In this document: one piece after another, positions 56,654 through 64,000 of the stretch
How positions within the stretch are numbered: the stretch's first letter is position 1
Layout: every line of letters starts with the position of its first letter
Origin: Eledone cirrhosa
Lineage: Eukaryota
Length of the DNA: 64,000 bases
NCBI GenBank assembly: GCA_964016885.1
Contig: OZ024747.1
Coordinates: 22,940,001-23,004,000, forward strand
Direction of reading: 5' to 3'
Position numbers and translations under genes: made by a program
The notes under the pieces: generated by a model
Databases searched by the model: none
What the model was told of the DNA's origin: nothing
Seen by the model: the letters and a program-made list of their open reading frames with translations, nothing else

Positions 56654-57220
56654 GTATACATATATATATATATGGTGATGGCGGAGTGGTTAGAGAATTG
56701 GATTCGCAATCGTGAGGTTGTGAGTTCGATTGCTGGACCGGGCGGTGCGATATGTCCTTCTACCTGGAGATGCGACTGATAGATTGTATTAGCAATTGGA
56801 AAGACCAACAGAAACATTGTTTCCTCGGTCCGATTTGACGAAAGTCAATCGACTATTGATATATATATATAATTTAAAAAAAACAAGGAATAACCAGTTA
56901 AAATTTACAACATAGTTTTACTCTACGAACGTTTCAATACAGGAGGGCGTTCAGGGCTACAAAGATATATTGATAAACTCCAGTATAACTTTTGATTATA
57001 CGATTCCAGAGCCGGGCCAGGTCGATACAGATCGAACCTTGAGCTGATCAATAGCGAAACGTGCTTCACCAATCAATAAACGTAATGAAGGCTTAACAAA
57101 TCGTCCTTGTATTATTATTATATTACACTCTGTCTAGCTCTACACCTCGCCATTAACGTGAACCTAAACACCGAGTGCTCACCTGGGTGAACCTACAGTA
57201 ACTCCAAGTTACACTCCCTG

Positions 57221-57299
<79 letters not shown>

Positions 57300-57498
57300 C
57301 GAAGGAAATGTGGTAAGGAACCAGGTGAACCATAACGCACCAAAGTACTCAATACTTAGAGTAGTAGAGTAGGTAATATGAACAAGTAAGACCCCGACGG
57401 CTGAGCTCAAACCGTTTCGACGGCTAATTCTGTACTCAATTCTGTACAGAATTAGCCGTCGAAACGGCTTGAGCTCAGCCGTCGGGGTCTTACTTGTT

Positions 57499-57565
<67 letters not shown>

Positions 57566-57602
57566 ATATATATATAGAAAGAGAGAGATTTAATATAGAA
57601 AA

Positions 57603-57652
57603 GGCTTCTACAGGACTAGAACTGTTTCATTCGGGAGAAATCATCAGAAGCC
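57603..57652 (-). ncRNA. Type I hammerhead-like motif
   Basis: Minus: GGCTT-CTGATGA-TTTCTCCCGAAT-GAAA-CAG-TTCTAGTC-CTG-TA-GAAGCC; stem I register is off by one. Confidence 0.6.
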
Positions 57653-57709
57653 GTATTGAGTACCTTACTGTGGTTACTCTACCCCCCGATTGAACCCACC
57701 CGGGATAAA

Positions 57710-57757
<48 letters not shown>

Positions 57758-57902
57758 AAAGTTCTATTTAAATTGTTGGGATACAACAAGCAAATATTTT
57801 TATAACTGATATAAAGCACACCATAATTTAACTTGGTGTCCTTGAAATATGTATAATGAAATAAATATGGTTTTATAAATATAGTTTCCATTTGTTAATA
57901 TC

Positions 57903-57945
<43 letters not shown>

Positions 57946-58815
57946 TTTCATTTATATGTATAAAAACAAGAAAATATTAAGTGAATAAAGAGCTCAATAC
58001 GTGAAGTAGAGTAAAATATTTGACAAATAATTTAAAGATTTGCTTGGTCTTACGAATTGAGAAAGAACGTCACTATAGCGATGTTGTCTTTGTTATTCAT
58101 GTTGTTGTTAACATTTGTTACGTTTCTGTTTAAGCAAGAAGTGAAATATAGAACCGAACCACGGGCCTTTTCACCCACACTGGCGCCAACTACCAATAAG
58201 AGTGTCTTTGGGGTAAACAGTGATGCGACAGTATTAATATTTATCTGTGTATTTGATGAAAGAAATATCAGATGTTGAGAAAGAAAAGAATAGATATTTG
58301 TTTAAGAAAGTACCATTTCAAGTCATATCTCCAGAATATTGCATGCTTCACTAACAAGATGCCTTTTTGTATGCCATAATGTTTAAGTAGGATATTAAAA
58401 TGAAATGTGAAGAATGTAACTTATGTGAAAGTATTTTACCAAAATCCAAAATAATTACAATTTGTACATTTCTAGATTAGAAAACTAATCTATAAATAAT
58501 TTCTTTTTAATTCAAATGAAAAATAGTTTCATTAAATTATACATTTTTAATCGCACGCCAAAACAACCTTTATGAAAACCAGAACATGATATACACATAA
58601 CATACTATATACAATATTAAAGGCGGCGTATTGGTTGAGTCGTGAGAACGTCGGATAGAATGCTTTATAGTATTCGTACCAACTCACTGAGCCCCGAGTT
58701 TAAAATCCACTGAGGTCAGCTTCGCTTTTCATCCCTCAGTTTATCTAAGTCCTGTAAAAAGAACTCGGAAGGTTGGCTTCCAACCAGGCCTCTGTAGCAG
58801 CGATTAGCAATCCTC

Positions 58816-58853
<38 letters not shown>

Positions 58854-59041
58854 GAAAAAGTATGACCCCGACAGCAGAGATCAAGCCGTTTCGACGGCTA
58901 TTTCTGAACAGAAATAGCCGTCGAAACGGCTTGAGCTCTGCCGTCGGGGTCATACTTTTTCCTATTACCCACTCTACTACCCTAAGTATTGAGTACTCTG
59001 GTGCGTTATGGTCCATCTGGTTCCTTACCACATATCGTTCG

Positions 59042-59079
<38 letters not shown>

Positions 59080-59480
59080 TAAAATAACAGATATAAATAT
59101 TTGCTCTACGGTTCTTATATATTTGATATATATTTATCCTTATCGAGCCCTCTTTGGATTTTAGTCTTCAAATTTATTATTATTACTATATATATATATA
59201 TATAAAGCAATTTTTCTCTGAGCGGAACAGAGCTAGTCCTGTAAAAGTCCCCTTTCAAGAAGTAACTTTTAACTCTTTATTATTTACATTACTCTACTTA
59301 CACTATTGTATTTTGTGGTAAAGGCTTTATCTTACATAATTATCTCACAAAATAGTGAATCTACGAGATTTTTATGTTATTTATTTTGATAACAATACCT
59401 TAATGTCAGTATAGGCGGCCAGTTACGGCCGGTTTAAATGCTAAAGGGTTAAAGGACATAGTTCTTCTTTGTTGACTCTT

Positions 59481-59513
<33 letters not shown>

Positions 59514-59661
59514 GTATATATATATATACTCCTATTTCCTCTCATATATATCCCCCCCCCCCCACTCTCAAGCCTGAAACTAATATTAACATTTGTACTG
59601 CCTCTTCGCTTCCACGTTGTTTTTTTGTTTTTTTGTTTACTGTCTCAACTATAAAATATTC

Positions 59662-59779
<118 letters not shown>

Positions 59780-60444
59780 ATGGGCAAAGAGCAATAACAA
59801 AACAAACAAGACAGTACAATGAAGAAATATATTAGTTTAACGCTTGATATACAATTCTCTTTTCACATATCACTAATATCCTTAGCAAAGATACCGCAAC
59901 TTTCCACTTTTCTTCCCTTAAAGATCCGCCGGTTTCCAAGCCCAACATAAAGAGTCTATTGCCATTTCTCCCTTCCTCAGTAAGTGTGTTATGACAGATT
60001 CGTTCCTCTCCTGCTCATTAAATAGGCAGCATGAAATAACGGTCACCAGCTGTAATAACACCAATAAGACGAAGATACAGAGAAAGAAAGAGAAAGAAAA
60101 TGAGTAAAAGAAAGAGAACGTCTACATGGTCGTTTAGCCTACTAGATATAGCATTCAATCTTTTTCAAATGATAAGCTATCGTCTTAAAAAAGGATATTT
60201 AAGGCTGGATAATGTAGTATTATGTCTATTATGGTGCCTGGAGAGAAAACTAATAATAATAAACAGGATGATATTTAGTGGAATTCGTTTTTCATTGGTC
60301 TTGCTCAAGCTGAGCTGACCTGGGGCTAAATAACAGGAACAATGAAAGAAACTAAGAAAAAGACGGACAAGGTCGGTGAAAGAGAAGGTGTAGGGTTGAG
60401 TAAGACACGGTAGAAGAGTGAAAACAGATTTGTATACATTTGTG

Positions 60445-60477
<33 letters not shown>

Positions 60478-60540
60478 GTGAAGAAAAATGAGTATGTATG
60501 TATGTATGTCTGTATGTATGTATGTATGTATGTATGTATG

Positions 60541-60571
<31 letters not shown>

Positions 60572-61268
60572 GTATGTAAGTATGTATGTGTGTATGTAAG
60601 TATGTACATATGTATATATGTAAGTATATACGTATGTATGTATCTATGTATATATGTATGTATATATGTACGTACGTATGTATATATGAATGTATGTATG
60701 ATGTATCTATGTACGTATGTATATGTGTATGTTATATATTATATATATTATAAACTAATGCCATCTTATCGTGACAGTAGTGATAAAACATTTATATTCA
60801 GCAGAAATGTTCTGCAGAAGACCACTAATTCAACAGACATGCACTTGTTACAAAGAAAACCAGTTGACAAAAATTATGAAGAAAAAAAAAAAAGAAGTAC
60901 AATAACACCCAGGCAGTATATATTTCTTTGCTTCGTTTTTATTTTCAACAGAATATCCCGTTGTGGTTTGAAATCGTCATCAGCTATTTACTAAAGTAAA
61001 CATCTCGATATGCTAAAATAAAGGCAGCGAAATGGCAGAGTCGTTAGAACGTCGGAGAGAATGCTTTGCAGAATTCGTCCCGACTTTCTGCGCTCTGAGC
61101 TCAGATCCTGCCGGGGTAGACTTTGTTGTTCATCCTTTAGGATATTAGTATCAGTGTATATATATATATATATATATTATCAAGAATGACAATAAATGCA
61201 GGTGAGTGTTGTGACATGGTTTTACTTCACAGAAGTCAAATAAATTAATATAAATAATTGTTACCACA

Positions 61269-61990
61269 TGTAGATGTTTAGATGGGTACAACTTCCAGAC
61301 TGGAGTGTGTAGAGAAGAACAGAAATCTTCTCTTGGAGGTGTTCAAATATTTCTTTAGGCTGCTGGTGTTCTTCTTCTTGCAGGCGAAAGAAGTGAGACA
61401 GGAGTCATCTCTTGACAAGGTCTCAGGTGTTCTTGTCCCTTCGAAGTTCAGGGTGCGAGAGAGGGTTATGCTTTGATTGTCTTCAAATATATAGTCCCCA
61501 GGAGGACGCAACTCCATTTAGTACATGAATCTGCTAATGTACTGAATTACGACCGTCGTAAAGCGACGCAACTCCTATACGTGCTGAGTCACAGCCGTAG
61601 GGGGCCGCTACAGTACCCTCCTCCAGACACTAGGCGAAAAGCCCGAAGGTAACTGTAGTGAACCCACAAGCATGAAATGGTAACGAGAAGGTACAGGCAT
61701 GAAATGGTAACGAAAGGTACATGGTAATACAATAAAGAGAAAAACAAAAAAATAAGGCTCCAGTGGCCAGTTCACATGAAAACAGTTTGGCAGAGTTTTT
61801 TGGACCAGTGAACTCTTCGACTGGAACGGGTCGTGGTCTTGTATGTAGGTGAAGGTGGGGCAGAAGGAGCAGGTGTATGCACAAGAGAGAAAGATTGGGG
61901 TATTTGTGGCTCGGGTGTACGAGCGTCATTGTATGCCCTTTTTAGTCTATCCACCGAAACCCTTCTGGATTATCTCCCTTTCCTTTCTCC
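61269..61990 (-). mobile_element. Gypsy LTR-retrotransposon 3' remnant: integrase tail, polypurine tract and LTR (61269-61612)
   Basis: VSVDRLKRAY...TTTRSSRRVHW; GGAGGAGGG tract, then an LTR bounded by TGTAG...CTACA. Confidence 0.8.
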
Positions 61991-62228
61991 TCCTCACTTT
62001 TGGTAGCCCGTGTCTCTCTCTCACTTTCTCCTGTCTATGCGAGAGGCAGCACGATTATACCAGCTCTGAGTCGTAGCTGACCACCAGGCTAAAGTCTCCC
62101 AGGTTGGCCTCAACTTACTTTCCCTATTTTTCCTGTTTTTTATAGTATAATATTATAAAATTAAATCAATTTGATTTAATTTTATAATATTATAATACTA
62201 TAAAATTAAATGACACTGAAAAAAAAAA

Positions 62229-62260
<32 letters not shown>

Positions 62261-62349
62261 TTTTTTTTCTGTGTGATTTAATTTTATAGTATTATAAATT
62301 GAAGTCATAAGTGAAGTCATTCTTTTCCTTTTTTTCAAATATACCTAAT

Positions 62350-63496
<1,147 letters not shown>

Positions 63497-64000
63497 CATG
63501 CATGGACACAAATATACGCCGAGAGAAATCAACCAGAAAAAACAAACAAACTAAATGATTTAGAAAGAGAAATCTCTACGTCGAAGGTTTCTCATTTGTC
63601 AAAGATAGTATGTTGTAAATGACACTCCTAACTTGTACTTCCTCCTCCAATATCTGATCTCCAGACAATTTCACAAACTGTTTAGTGACCCCCTCCGAGT
63701 TATTTTTTTGTTCTTCGTTGGTGTCGTTGCTTTTTATTGGTTTTTCGTTTCTTTTCGTTTTAACTTTAATTTTTTTTTTGATTTTTTGTGTTATTATTTT
63801 CTAGTGTGTTCCAGTGAAGTTATCAAATATATATATATATAAATATAAATATGTGTGTATGTGTTTGGTGTTCTTTCTATGTGTATGTGTGTTAATGTGT
63901 GTATGACTATGTGTGTGTGTTTGTAATTTATCTATATATATATATATGGTTATTTATTTCATTTTTTTTATTACTGGTTTTAGTCAGTGGGTGGGCAGCC

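Overview
Eukaryotic, AT-rich, repeat-saturated DNA, most consistent with an octopus (cephalopod) intron or intergenic region. The host assignment is inferred from the SINE families and the (TA)n/(CA)n/(TACA)n load. No intact protein-coding gene is visible; the long ORFs are translations of micro- and minisatellites. Recognisable content: about 25 tRNA-derived SINE copies; fragments of RTE, CRE, Tx1/L1, Penelope (GIY-YIG) and Gypsy elements; non-autonomous Helitrons and a MITE; several minisatellites; and two candidate minus-strand exons. Many (TA)n-flanked inserts form fold-backs or tandem repeats and carry hammerhead ribozyme (HHR) cores. The main observation is a gap-free, covarying 66-nt motif in four sequence variants (9 copies). 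It holds all HHR catalytic nucleotides in a non-canonical order (NUH, then GAAA, then CUGAUGA) and has a kink-turn consensus in stem III. It sits in 497-bp and 626-bp tandem, retrozyme-like units. All structures were read by eye and are untested; boundaries of degenerate elements are approximate.
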